From positions 5,704,001 through 5,768,000 of the forward strand of contig NC_043017.1 of NCBI RefSeq assembly GCF_006345805.1: a DNA stretch of 64,000 bases. The letters are read 5' to 3'. The notes under the pieces were generated by a model. It made no database searches. It saw nothing but the letters and a program-made list of their open reading frames with translations, and was not told the origin of the DNA. The position numbers were made by a program, and so were the translations under genes. The stretch is from Octopus sinensis. Taxonomy: Eukaryota. Numbering within the stretch: position 1 is the first letter of the stretch; each line of letters opens with the position of its first letter. Below are positions 13,990-25,809 of this stretch, piece after piece.

Positions 13990-14223
13990 TATTTATTTAC
14001 TACCCACAAGGGGCTAAACAAAGAGAGGACAAACAAGGACAGACAAACGGAGTAAGTCGATTATATCGACCCCAGTGCGTAACTAATACTTAATTTATCG
14101 ACCCCGAAAGGATGAAAGGCAAAGTCGACCTCGGCGGAATTTGAACTCAGAACGTAGCGGCAGGCGAAATACCGCTAAGCATTTTGCCCGGCGTGCTAAC
14201 GATTCTGCCAGCTCGCCGCCTTA
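13990..14223 (-). mobile_element. SINE family A, full length, low divergence
   Basis: Reverse complement of the full consensus from the GGCGGCGAGCTGGCAGAA head to the TACTACCCACAAGGGGCTAAAC tail. Confidence 0.92.
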
Positions 14224-15139
14224 CTGTCCAGAACTACATAATCCAATTTGGCCCTCTTCCGTTTTAAAGCGGTAGGATGTGATCAGGGAAATGTTTTGTT
14301 GCGATTTCTAGTAGACGAAACAGCCATATAGAAGCTTCTTCTCCTTAGGTCGTCATTGAAATGTTTCAGTCGTAGGTAAGAGCTAACACTATCATTTAGA
14401 ATATCCCTTCGTATGTGTCTGATTAATTTATCTACTGGCTCAAATAAAAGGATTACTGTTAAGTCCCTCATTATCCGAGATTTCTTCTTCATCTCTAAAG
14501 GACAGATTGCTTAACAGCTTGCTGCTTTAACGAGATCATGTTATAAGGTCGATTGAACACGCTGTTGTGTTGTCAAAGGATCAAATGAATCAACCTTTGC
14601 CCAAACAACCTCGAAGTTGCAGGTCAACGTAGCACAGTCACGTGTCAAAAATTAACCGAATTCAGTTGAATGAGATGACAATTTTGAGATTGAAGTAGGT
14701 CATATCTGCACAAAATAGATCAATGGAATGTTTGATCAACCATGATAAATAATTATAGTTTCTAACCCAAAACATGTTTGTAGAGAAAGCACACCAGATC
14801 TCTCAGGGGATGGAAGGATTATCTACTTCCTTACTTACTTCCTTTCTTTCTTTCTTTCTTTCATTGTTTCTTTCTTTCACTCATTCATTATCTTCTTCTT
14901 CTTCTTCTTCTTCTTCTTCTTCTTCTTCTTCTTCTTCTTCTTCTTCTTCTTCTTCTTCTTCCTATTCTTCTTCTTCTTCTCCTCCTTCTGCTGCTGCTGC
15001 TGCTAGCAGCATCGACGAAGCGTTGAAGATCGCCAGCAACAACAGCAACGCCTACAGTAAGGGTGACAACAGCAACAACAACAACAGCAGCAGCATTCCC
15101 GCCACAGGCACTATGACATGTCGACCAAGCATCTCACCA

Positions 15140-17300
15140 AAAGACATCCCCGACCCCATTCTCTGGAGGGGAAACTTTGATCTTGTGGCGCCGTCAAGAA
15201 TTTCTCAGTCTCAGCCAGTGTGGCGATTAATCCTTGCTATTTGCCACTAAATTCAGTTTTTTTCAGTCATTGGCTAAGTAGAGCTTTTCTTACCATCGCT
15301 TAAGCATGGCATCCTATAACCTCTTTTTAAGCTTATAATTTAACCTCTTTGCAGTGTCTTTGCTTCTCTCTGTCTTTTGTAACGATGTCTCATTTCAGCG
15401 TTTGCTTTGTATTTTTAGTTTCTTTAAAGAAAGAAAATAATATTATTCTTGTTTCAAAGCGATTTGTATTAATTTTCCATGTTTTTTTTGTTAGTCTGAA
15501 TGAATATTTCATAATAGTTTTTGGTTGCATATGGCTCCATCGCCCTATATTTGTGACAAATATAATTTCTGTACGTCAAATTTCGGGTAGTGTACTTAAG
15601 ATGCTGTCATTGTTTTTCTTGTATTTTATGTCTGGGTCTTGCTAGTTTGTTTAGAGCTCAGTTGCTTATTGCTCGCACAGCTGTAGTATTTTTGCATATT
15701 AATTTATTTTTTGCATCTAGCTCTATTTTAAGTATGGATCTCAAGCGCCCATAACATTCATTCCTAATCTGCTCTTTAATTTGTGTGTTGTACATTGTCT
15801 TATAAATACACGTTTTTATAAGCGTTTGTATGCCCGTATTTAGTTTAACTCACTTGTGTTTTTACTGCTCTTCAAAGTTATCCAAACGTCTTTTTCTAAT
15901 CCGAATTCTCCCTTAAATTCATGAACTGTGAGTAATAGTGTTTCTAGTTGGTTACCATTTGCTGCATACAAATTAAGGTCATGCACATACAAATAATGGT
16001 TGATAATCTTACCATAGCTTTTGTATCTGAATCCAGATCTATTTAATATGTTGATTGAAGGCGTCAACGCTTAACAGAAAAGTTATGGACGCAGCTATGT
16101 CCCGTTGGAATATTCTTTTTCTCCCGGGAAAAAATTTTGTTTTATAATCTCTTCTTTTGACTGTATCTGCAAAATTGTTTACCACTTATTATATACTTTA
16201 TCAATTTACTGGTACTACTTTACACATAACTAATATTCCTCCCAGGACCCGTGTGTGCGAAAAACTGTCAAAAGCTTTTTGGTGGTTACTCTATGCCATG
16301 TTCAAATCTTTCTCAATCCTGCTGTCTTTGAATATGGTTTTGTTGATCAGTAATTGATCTTTACAAACATAGTAGTCTTTGCAGCATCTCTTCTACTTTC
16401 TGGAAACAAACTGACTTATTTGTTAGGTGTTTACTCTCTGCAATATTATTGCAGTTAAGTTTTATAGGTTATAGGAAGGCAGATTATGGGTTTGTAGTTT
16501 TAAAGGTTTGCTGTTTCTTTAGTTTTGTGGATTAAGGTAGTTTTTCTCTTCAGTAATCCAATCAGCTATTGCCATCACCTCCTCAGAATCTCATTAAACT
16601 TCTTCGTGAAGCACTTTATGTGTTCCGAATAAATATTTTAATTAGAGGTTTGGAATGTTATCAAGTTCTAGTGCTTTACTTTGTTTTTGTCGTTATGGCT
16701 TTCCACGATTCTTCAACTGATGGCGTTCGTAGTTTTGGACAACCTTTTATGTGGTGATTTCTTCACTGTGCATTTCCTCCTACCAAACACTTCTACTTTT
16801 CTTGCTGTTGATGCTATATTGACTTCCATTCTATTTTTTTAACAAAATGTTGATAAAACCGTTCTAGTAGAAGCTGAATGGTTTAGGTTGTTCAAAGAAT
16901 CTTTGACGTTTTACATATGAACAAATTATTAAAGATTTAGCAAAGTTCTCGTTTCAGGTGTCCTTACTCTTTTTTTCACATATTTCTGTAGAATTTGTCT
17001 TTATTTCCTATCTTTTCATCCCTAACATTTTATTATTGATTTCATTAAGGATTATAAGATCTTTTCTAATATTTCTTTTTTTCAATATATTTGTTTTCCA
17101 TATTGATCACTTGAGTTTCTTCAAAATTGCTGGCCTTTGTACCAAATTTGCATAAAGCCGAAATGATTGAGGAAAGACGCCTTCTTTGGTCAATCCCTCA
17201 TCGACATTTTTTGTTCCAATTGGGACAGAAAGTGAGGATGGAGTGAGAAGTGTTATCTCCGAGTAAACTTGTGTAAAGGCGGGAGAATGTGGAAGACATT
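15140..17300 (-). mobile_element. Decayed R4/Dong-clade non-LTR retrotransposon (RT region)
   Basis: Minus-strand ORF 15840-16067 IINHYLYVHDLNLYAANGNQLETLL...EFGLEK resembles the R4/Dong RT motif ISHLLYMDDLKLYA..QLE.LL...FGLDK; at about 15170-15225, LAETEKFLTAPQDQSFPSR resembles the post-RT motif LKAETEG...AAQDQSL.TR. Many stops and frameshifts. Confidence 0.8.
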
Positions 17301-17639
17301 TTCAGAAGCTGACTTGCTTCAAAGCACAGTAGCGTTTGTTCGGTTCTCAAAGTAAACTGCCATGTCTCTGAAATGTTTTATGCTCTGAGTTTAAATTCCC
17401 CCAATTTGTTTTTCATCCTTCAGGTCGACAAAATAAGTTCCAGTCAAGGTCGACGGAACCGATTGGTTTCCTCACCCAAAATGTCAGGCCTTTAAGAATT
17501 ATTATTATCTTAAGGCGGCAAACTGGCAGAATCGTTCGCATGCCGGGCGAAATGCATAGCGGTACTTCGTCTGTCTGAAAAGAAACATTCCAGGCATTGT
17601 GCCAATAGTAGAAAGGATTATTATCATCATTATCATTAT

Positions 17640-17968
17640 CACTAGTTCTCAACCAGGGTCCATATAATATTTTGTGGGGTCCATGTAACAAAATAATAAA
17701 TTGGGGATCCACAATAGTATTTTAAGGACCCCTGAGAAAATTTTGCTTTAGATGTATGTATTGCAAGAAACAGCTAGGTTTCCTTTTCCAGCATTTTACA
17801 TAATTCAACCTAGACGAGTTAATATATGAAAAAAAAAAGAAAAAGAATTTTGAAAGATGTTTCTATAAAACTCGTTTTTAAACATGGAATGGTTAGGGTG
17901 GGGGAGGGTCCACCACAATGAAATAGTAATCAAAGGGTCCATTGATAAAAAGAGACTTAGAACCCCTG
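17640..17968. mobile_element. hAT-type MITE
   Basis: Ends CACTAGTTCTCAACC and TTAGAACCCCTG; flanking 8-mers ATCATTAT and ATCATGAT (7 of 8 match, TSD-like); internal GGGTCCAT and TCCTA/TAGGA motifs shared with the other copies. Confidence 0.75.
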
Positions 17969-17984
17969 ATCATGATCATCAAAG

Positions 17985-18140
17985 CGTCCATCTTTACTTC
18001 CTGAGTTCAAATCGCTCTAGGTCGACTTTGTCTTTCATCTTTTCGGGATCGATAAATTAAGTGCCATTTGGTCACTGGAATTGATGTAATCAACCCTCCC
18101 TCAATTTTGCTGTCCTTGTACCAAAATTCGAAACCATCAT
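17985..18140 (+). mobile_element. SINE family A, 5'-truncated
   Basis: CTGAGTTCAAATC...GGTCGACTTTGTCTTTCATC...GATGTAATC core. Confidence 0.78.
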
Positions 18141-18186
18141 CATCAGCAGCAGCAGCAGTAGTAGTAGTTAGTAGTAGTAGTAGTAA

Positions 18187-18233
<47 letters not shown>

Positions 18234-18966
18234 TCAGCAGCAGCAGCAATAGCAAAAGGGGCAGCAACCGCTGCAGCAGCAGAGGAGCAGCAGCAAAAGT
18301 TGCGATGGCGGTGGTTCTATCTTCAAGGAAAGCACTAGTAGTTGTAGTATGTTCATCATATTACTATAAATGATAAAGGCAATATTATCATCATGTGCTG
18401 TAAGACAGCGAAATAATGCTGCACTGATTGCATCGTCTGACGGAGTGCGACTATTATTAGAGAAAGCCATAGAATTGCTACTGTGTCATCTCAGTAGAGA
18501 AAGGTCAAACAATGCTTACATACTGTTTATAGTCTTAACAACTAGCGCTGTAGTATTGATGTCACTGAAGCTTCAGACACACGCGCCATACAGGCACAGA
18601 CACACTTAAACAGTAGTATATTCCCGCCACGCACAAACACACACACACACACACATACTACCATATATAGAGATATATAAAGGAAAGATATATATTTTAT
18701 TTATGGGTGTATATGTATGTTATTGTGTGCGTGTGCGTTTGTGAAGGTACGCATATATATTCATATATACATACATACACACACATATATATACACATAT
18801 ATGCATATATATACACACACAAACATACACAGACTTATACTTGTATTCGTGCACATACACATACATATATACATATTTATATGCATATATATGCATATAT
18901 GTATATATGTGTATATGTATATATGTGTATATGTGTGTGTGTATACGCATCTGCATATCCACGTAT

Positions 18967-19009
<43 letters not shown>

Positions 19010-19123
19010 TATATATACACATATACATACACACACATATATTTACATATACACATACACACAGAAACTCAGACACACTTATACAAACATATATATGTAT
19101 GTATGTATGTATCTATCTATCTA

Positions 19124-19163
<40 letters not shown>

Positions 19164-19319
19164 CATACATACATACATACATACATACATACATACATAC
19201 ATACATACATACATACATACATACATACATACATACATACATACACACATACATACATACATACATGCTTGTATACATAACTGAACAAAAGTAATATGAT
19301 TTGCAATATAGAAACAAGA

Positions 19320-19552
19320 TAAGGCGGTGAGCTGGCAGAATCATTAGCACGCCGGACAAAATGCTTAGCGGTATTTCGTCCGTCTTTACGTTCTAGATTT
19401 AAATTTCGCTGAGGTCGAATTTGCCTTTCATCCTTTTTCTTTAATCCTTTTGGGTTCGATAAAATAAGCACCACTTGATCACTGGAGTCGATGTAATCAA
19501 CTTTACGCTCTCCCCACTAAATTGCTGGCCTTGTGTCGAAATTCGAAACCAG
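19320..19552 (+). mobile_element. SINE family A
   Basis: AAGGCGGTGAGCTGGCAGAA head through the AAATTCGAAACC tail. Confidence 0.88.
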
Positions 19553-19569
19553 TATAGGAACACAGTAAC

Positions 19570-19745
19570 AAATCTGGAAAAGACGCATTTGATTAAATGA
19601 ATCCTAAAAGTTTACAGGTACTTTATTTCGTCTATCTAGGAATGATGAAAAAAAATAAAGCTGACCTCAGTGCAATTTAGACTCAGAATGTAAAGTGCTA
19701 TAACTAAATACGGCTAAACATTTTGTCGATGTTTTAAGTGGTACG
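19570..19745 (-). mobile_element. SINE family A, highly degenerate
   Basis: Reverse complement reads ...ACATTCTGAGTCTAAATTGCACTGAGGTCAGCTTT...; abuts the plus-strand copy. Confidence 0.6.
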
Positions 19746-19955
19746 GTATAACTCGGAAAAAAAGATGTTTGATTGCAAGATTGAAATATATATACACATA
19801 TAGACGCTGAAGTTTGCTACAAAATCCGGCCGGCCTCTACAATTGTCTCAAGTCAATTAATCCCTTGCAAGTGAAATTTGAAGACAAGAACTCTTTTCAG
19901 TCACTGGACTGCGGCCATCCTGTTATTCTAAGGCATTGCCTTCAAGGGTTTAGAG

Positions 19956-21819
19956 CAGCGGTTCTCAACCATTTTTTGCCTGTGAACCCCTTTGATTCCT
20001 ATTTTACTCGGGTGAACCCTCATTGCTATTCAATGTTTAAAACAACCTAATGATATTTTTGTAATTAAATGTCACTAGACTACTAGACTACCTGTGACCC
20101 GTTGGGTCACCAAATAGTTCAAGGTACCCGAAAAAACTGTGCATCTCAGGGATCCGTGGTCCGATTTGCGCGAAAATTCTGTTATTCTGAGTGTATTCAC
20201 ATTTCAATGGAACCTTACTTTCAAAGCATTTTCCCCCACTGTACGGCGGTTTGGCTATTTATAAAGGTACCGGAAAACCCGCGTTTCTCGGTAACCCGTG
20301 ATCCGATTCACGCAAAACTTGTTTTATTCCGTTTGTACTCACATGAGCATCCGATTCATGACAGTTCCTGATTTTGTCTCTTTCCCTCTGTTTCGCCAGA
20401 CGCTCAGCTCTTGATGTGTCCGAATTCCAGACCCTCAACCTTTGCTTTATCAGTCTCATCGACTCTTCTATTCGCATGTCTGACTCGATCTTGGGTAAAT
20501 ATTTCGTAAAGGATCCGCCTGTACTTCGGTGTGAAATAATTTTTTCCGAGTGCATTCAACGTATCTCACCTTCAAATCCACCGCAAGCCACTTTCTTCCG
20601 GAAAAGAAAGAAGAGAGGGGTTGTGGGGACCTCGGAGTTTCCCGGGAAATCCTGAGTTTCTCACCAACGGAGTTTTGTTTCGTGATTTTGTTTTTCTTCT
20701 CCAGGTTATTTCACATGCTTTCAACGAATGTGATATTGAAATCACTCGTAAACTGTTTCTTTCCTCCAGGAAAGGAAAGATTTGGCTGCTATTTCTTGCA
20801 CGCCCTGCTACCACGTAACTGCTATTTCGGGTCTTTTATCGCAAATAGCTGTTACGTGAGAGCAGAAGTGCTAGAAATAGCAGCTAAATCTTTGGATGCG
20901 AGATACATTAAATGCACTCGAAAAAAAAACCAATAGAAAAAATTATTGCACACCGAGGTTACGAACGAGTTCTTTTGTGCAATATTTACCGTATTTTAAA
21001 AGTCATTTTCGCTTTAAAATATCTTTTAAATATACACAAATATATTTGTAATGGTATTCACTTGAAAATAATTTTTAAAAAGATTAAAATATTGTCTATT
21101 TACAGAAAGCTAACATATAGATACTTACAGTACAAACAATTTATATTTTTGAAATCACATTCACTTAAAAATATTTCTGAGTGAGTAAAATATTGTGTTT
21201 AACAAAAGCGAAAATAGAAACAAACTTGTATATTTTTTTGGCAAGTTCAAGTCATTAAGACTTTTGCCCATCATCATGTGTCTAGTTTCTTTCCTTTCAG
21301 GGTTAAGGTATTTTCGGAGTATTTTCCCATTATGCACCGTTTTGGGTATTTATACCCCCTAAATCCCCAATATCTCAAGAACCAGTTGTCCGATTTGCGC
21401 GAACTCTGTTTTATTCCGTTTGTATTCATATTTCATGATATCCTTAATTCGTTCCAACACACAATCTCAGATCAGGTCACTTGCTATGCAAGTACATCTC
21501 CGCAAAACTTAATTCATAGTATTTTACCATTATGCGCCAGTTTGGCTGTCTAACATTGCAAGCAAGCAAGATTGAAGTTCATTTTTAATATAATATATTA
21601 ATTAGGAACTGTACAAAAAAAATTAATATATTTGTGTATAGTTGAATTATAGCCTATTATTAAAAATCTTTTATTATTATACAGTTATAATAAAATATCA
21701 TTAGGAATTGTATAAAAAAAATTGTTGTAACATTTTGTGTTTTGACGAAGTATAACCAACTTATTACGTATAAATTTTAACGAATAAAATCTTATATAGA
21801 CCTCACTTGAGAAACACTT
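19956..21819. mobile_element. hAT-type MITE split by a Helitron insertion
   Basis: Left end CAGCGGTTCTCAACC, right end TTGAGAAACACTT; identical 8-bp TSD GTTTAGAG at 19948-19955 and 21820-21827; outer segments align to the uninterrupted copy at 42011-42263. Confidence 0.88.
20075..21571 (-). mobile_element. Non-autonomous Helitron carrying a RepHel N-terminal-like fragment
   Basis: On the minus strand a GTGACCC-aac-GGGTCAC hairpin (20094-20110) lies shortly before CTAG|T (20075-20078, repeated at 20083-20086); putative 5' TC at about 21571 gives an A|T insertion site; ORF 20259-20555 contains EESMRLIKQRLRV...RAERLAKQRERDKIR, like the charged repeats at RepHel N-termini; three internal copies of a TCCGATT...TTATTC.GT.TGTA.TCA.AT unit. 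Confidence 0.78.
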
Positions 21820-21889
21820 GTTTAGAGGATCTTATTTAGCACGAGTATTTATTTGAATCTGGTAGTTATTTTCTAATTTCTATTTGTTA

Positions 21890-22160
21890 CGTCTAGTCGG
21901 GTCAGGAATCTCATCACAGTCTGATGTGACCTGCTACTGGTACCGTGTAAACACAGAACTACTTTTTCCATGGTCGAGTGGTCTGCGACTAAACCGTCTC
22001 CCCCAATTGAGTAGCTTATCAGTCTTATGAGGAGGGTGCCTGGACACTGAAGTAGACTACAAACAAGACCTGTCGAAGGGTGGATGAGCTCCTTGTGGGC
22101 CAACGGTGGGAAGGCAATGGCAAACCACCCCAATATCTCTGCTAAGAAAACTCTAGTCAG
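21890..22160 (+). mobile_element. RTE-type LINE 5' region (non-coding fragment)
   Basis: GGAAGGCAATGGCAAACCAC...TATCTCTGCTAAGAAAAC resembles the RTE/BovB-type motif; the upstream 170 nt is homologous to 53250-53417. Confidence 0.6.
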
Positions 22161-22544
22161 AACGAAGTAACGTTAGGGATTCATCCAATGAGAGGACACG
22201 CGCTTAATCGGAAAGATTCTCGTTGTAGCGTCATCAGCGCGCTGAAAAAGAATGTATGAAACATGACGGCGACGACAGTTTGTTTCGGGACATTAAGAAA
22301 CATATAAACACAAATTCGGTTTTAAAAATCGACGAAAATCTAACCCTAGAGCGGTCACAGGCACATATCTGTCTGCAGACAATGATATAAAGTAGCAATC
22401 AAACGTTTGGGGTCTATTACACTGACTTTTATCTCCTATCTAAAAGAGTGTGGTTATGCCAATTAAATTATTCATAGGGTTCTTTGGCATATAAACTATA
22501 GAATGAAATCGGAGACATGATCTGTTATAGACTCACACACAAGC

Positions 22545-22650
22545 ATACCGTCGATTACGACGAAGAGAATTCCAGTTGATCCAATCAACAGAACAGCCTG
22601 CTCATGAAATTAACGTGCAAGTGGCTGAGTATTCCACAGACATGCATACT
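22545..22650 (-). mobile_element. SINE tail fragment (same tail as 250-570)
   Basis: TTCCAGTTGATCCAATCAACAGAACAGCCTGCTCATGAAATTAACGTGCAAGTGGCTGAG is the reverse complement of the tail at about 470-560. Confidence 0.8.
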
Positions 22651-22702
22651 TTCAAAGCTATTACTACTCTCTTTCTCTCTCTCTCTTCCCTATGTGGATC
22701 TA

Positions 22703-22949
22703 CAGTAATCCCTCGCCATATCGCGATTCACCTATCGCAGACTCAGGACATTGCGGTTCACCCATCGCGCACTCAGTACATCGCGGTTCACCTATCGCGC
22801 ACTCAGTACATCACGGATTTTCCTGGCTAACATATGTAAATTTATATCGCGGGTTTCTGCAGCCGATAAGTATTTATATTTTCTTAGATTTTAATTATTT
22901 CTGTAGAAGATTTTGGAACGTAACACCCGCGATAGTCAAGGGATCACTG
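22703..22949. mobile_element. Tc1/mariner (pogo/Tigger-like) MITE with internal 30-bp tandem repeats
   Basis: TA|CAGTAATCCCTCGCCATATCGCG left end and CGCGATAGTCAAGGGATCACTG right end form imperfect TIRs; three copies of CATCGCGGTTCACCTATCGCGCACTCAGTA at 22719-22808. Confidence 0.8.
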
Positions 22950-23571
22950 TCTCAGGAATCAAACGCCCCAGCAAAAATACAATTTCAAGAGGTTACATAT
23001 TCTAAGGTCATCTGTAAACTTCTAACAAAATTCTACTTTTTAGAATAACTGTGGAATATCCTTGCGCACGGTTAGTGTACATTAATATCTATAACTAATT
23101 CGTTTTTGTTTTTTCATTGGTGATCTTTGTAATTCTCTCACCAATCCAATAATGTACAGATACAGCTATCTATATGTCATGATTCTAAGTACATTTTGAG
23201 CAGCACTAAGAAATTTCTGGGTTTTTTTTTATGTATTTCCATTGTTTGCTTCAGAGTAAAATATATGACTATTTCATTCATTTTCTTTTCTTTCATTTCC
23301 GGAATACTCAGTAATATATTATCACAATTTTTTCGATTAAAATTCAGTTTTACGTATATACAAACACCACACATAAAGAGACAGCTCTCACGCACGCACG
23401 CATGCACACGCACGCACGCACGCACAAACACTTTTACACACACACACGCACACACACTTACATACATAGCAACAACAACAATAATAATATTTTCTTTATT
23501 AACAACCTAGCGTTAACAGAAATACACAGATCACTATTTGAAATTTCTCAGAGATTTTAGTATATCTGTTG

Positions 23572-23720
23572 GGCTAGTTCTCAACAGGGGTTCATATGGC
23601 CCTTGGGGTCAACATAAGATTGCAGTAAATTGCTTATTCTTCTAGAATACACAAATTATTTTAATTTTTTTAATACAGTTCCTAATAATATTAATTATAA
23701 TAATACAGTACAGTATATAT

Positions 23721-23766
<46 letters not shown>

Positions 23767-23877
23767 ATATATACATATATAAGGATCAGATCGATATTTA
23801 AATACCGATCCTCTCAGGTGGCCAGCATGGGAATAAAAACCTTTCAAAGGTAATAATTATATATATATATAATATAT

Positions 23878-23935
<58 letters not shown>

Positions 23936-24008
23936 ATGAGTATGGAGATCCAGTAGAGTAAAAAAGATTCAAAGGGGTCCATAGGCAAAAAATGGTGAAG
24001 AACCATTG
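23572..24008. mobile_element. hAT-type MITE with internal (AT)n expansions
   Basis: CTAGTTCTCAACAGGGG...GGGGTCCATAGGCAAAAAATGGTGAAGAACCATTG ends match the family; no clear TSD. Confidence 0.72.
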
Positions 24009-24029
24009 TCCTAAAGTGACAAGTTTATT

Positions 24030-24180
24030 TGAGCCGGGCGAAATGCTTAGCGGTATTTCGCCCGTCCTTACGTTCTGAGTCCAAATCTCACCGAGGTCGA
24101 CTTTGCCTTTCATCCTTTCAGGGTCGATAAAATAAGTACTTGTAGAGCATTGGGGTCGATGTAATCGACTTATTTTACTC
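24030..24180 (+). mobile_element. SINE family A, 5'-truncated
   Basis: GCCGGGCGAAATGCTTAGCGGTATTTCG...GGGGTCGATGTAATCGACTT. Confidence 0.88.
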
Positions 24181-24378
24181 CTGGATAAGAATATTAAAAA
24201 GAAATGCAACCCTTAGCCCAAGCAATATGGGGCAAGTGTAACAGAGTCGGCTCATCAAACTAGTATGAGCTGAAGCTCAAATTCACGGCCTCCATATCAA
24301 ACCGTGGTTGGTGGAGATAACATGCTGATGCCTTCGTTCTGCAGTGGAATGAACATAGGCAATCCAAAAGTCACTTAT

Positions 24379-24582
24379 CTTGCTAGAAATAGTAGCCATG
24401 CTCTATCAACACACACAGTAGCACTTTGAACAAGTAGAATACATTGGATTATGTAGTTCAAGGTACCCACCGAGACAAAAAAAAAACAACAACAACGAAA
24501 AAAAACACAGAATGGTCATGGCTGGAAACTATGTGATCATCTATCTATTCATTCAAGGTCAACTTTAGGCTAAACAGCAAGC
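24379..24582 (+). repeat. Dispersed repeat family E
   Basis: CTTGCTAGAAATAGTAGCCA...ACATTGGATTATGTAGT...GGTCATGGCTGGAA...GGCTAAACAGCAAGC. Confidence 0.7.
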
Positions 24583-24844
24583 ATAAAAATATTGAAATGC
24601 CGACAGTAGTATAAAAACTATTTACATTCTACCAGATGCTCTGTTTAATTTGGAAACATGCTAACAGAACACAGTTACAAAGTACATCATTGCCTGTATA
24701 GGGTAGGGATAGGAGATAGTGAAGTAGTCTTGTTCCGCTCAATTGTATTTCTGACCTATGTGAACTAGCATAGTCACTGCTAGCATAGATAATGTAGCGA
24801 GAAAAAATGTCATTATGTTAATCATTAATTCTAACTAAATGTAA

Positions 24845-24990
24845 AAGGATAATCATGTGGTCACGTGATAAACCAGACTGTAGGATGTTATACATCGCTG
24901 ATCACAATGCGCTTTGTATTTTTGTAGCATTTGTATGATGCCACCCCGCTGGCTAGGCGAACAGGTCAGCATTTCCCCTGATCGGAAAAC
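24845..24990 (-). mobile_element. SINE family D tail (CACGTG-ending)
   Basis: Reverse complement of the tail at 26630-26742 (GGTCACGTGAT...ATCGCTG.TCACAATG...GATGCCACCCCG). Confidence 0.75.
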
Positions 24991-25739
24991 TAGTCGGTTT
25001 CAGGATTATCCACTTACAGTTGCATGGACTGGAGCAAAATACTGTGGGAACTGAATTCTCAATCTCATGATGGTGAGTGCAACACTCTAACCAGTAGACC
25101 ACGGGTCTTTACAAAAGGATAATAGCTAATTCAATTAATTAATTTAATTAACAATAATTTAATTAACAATAGGCAATGTATGAGAGTGAGTCTCATCTGT
25201 GTGAGTATGGTGACAACTGCAAGCATATTTTAATAGTATTAAACCTCCTCAGGAAACCAAAATGTTATCAGAATTAAGCCAAAATTTGATTATAGAGTTT
25301 TAGATATTTCACTCTCCGTCATTCTTGTGTAATGTAGTGAGAAGGTAGAAATTTAAAAAAATCAGTATGGCTGAATTATAAGGACAGGTGCCTTATTTTC
25401 AACTGTCATTTTCTGCAAACTTTAGCTCTGTTTTATCGCTCCATTGTGTGAATATGTCAATCTGTGTTGACAGTCTAACGGGGTCTGTTTGTCATTTCGT
25501 CAGTGTCAAACAAATAATAAACAATGTATTTCTGACCTACATATATTGACTTAAGGTCGATACGGACTCTAGACTCTCTTAGCAACGTGACACTTCACTA
25601 CCTGTCCCAGGAATAGAACTCTACGCGCGCGCACTCTCTCTCTCTCCACTTCAGACACAGATACACATACACACACTCTTCAAATGTCACAAGTGTGTTT
25701 TAGACATATTTCTGTTCTACCTAAATGTATCAACAACAG

Positions 25740-25809
<70 letters not shown>

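Noticed and set aside
14774-15250. 158-aa Ser/Ala/Asn-rich ORF
   Set aside because: Microsatellite joined to the antisense strand of the R4/Dong relic.
22719-22808. Regular 30-bp repeats superficially like a CRISPR array
   Set aside because: Contiguous tandem units with no unique spacers, inside a eukaryotic MITE; no cas genes.
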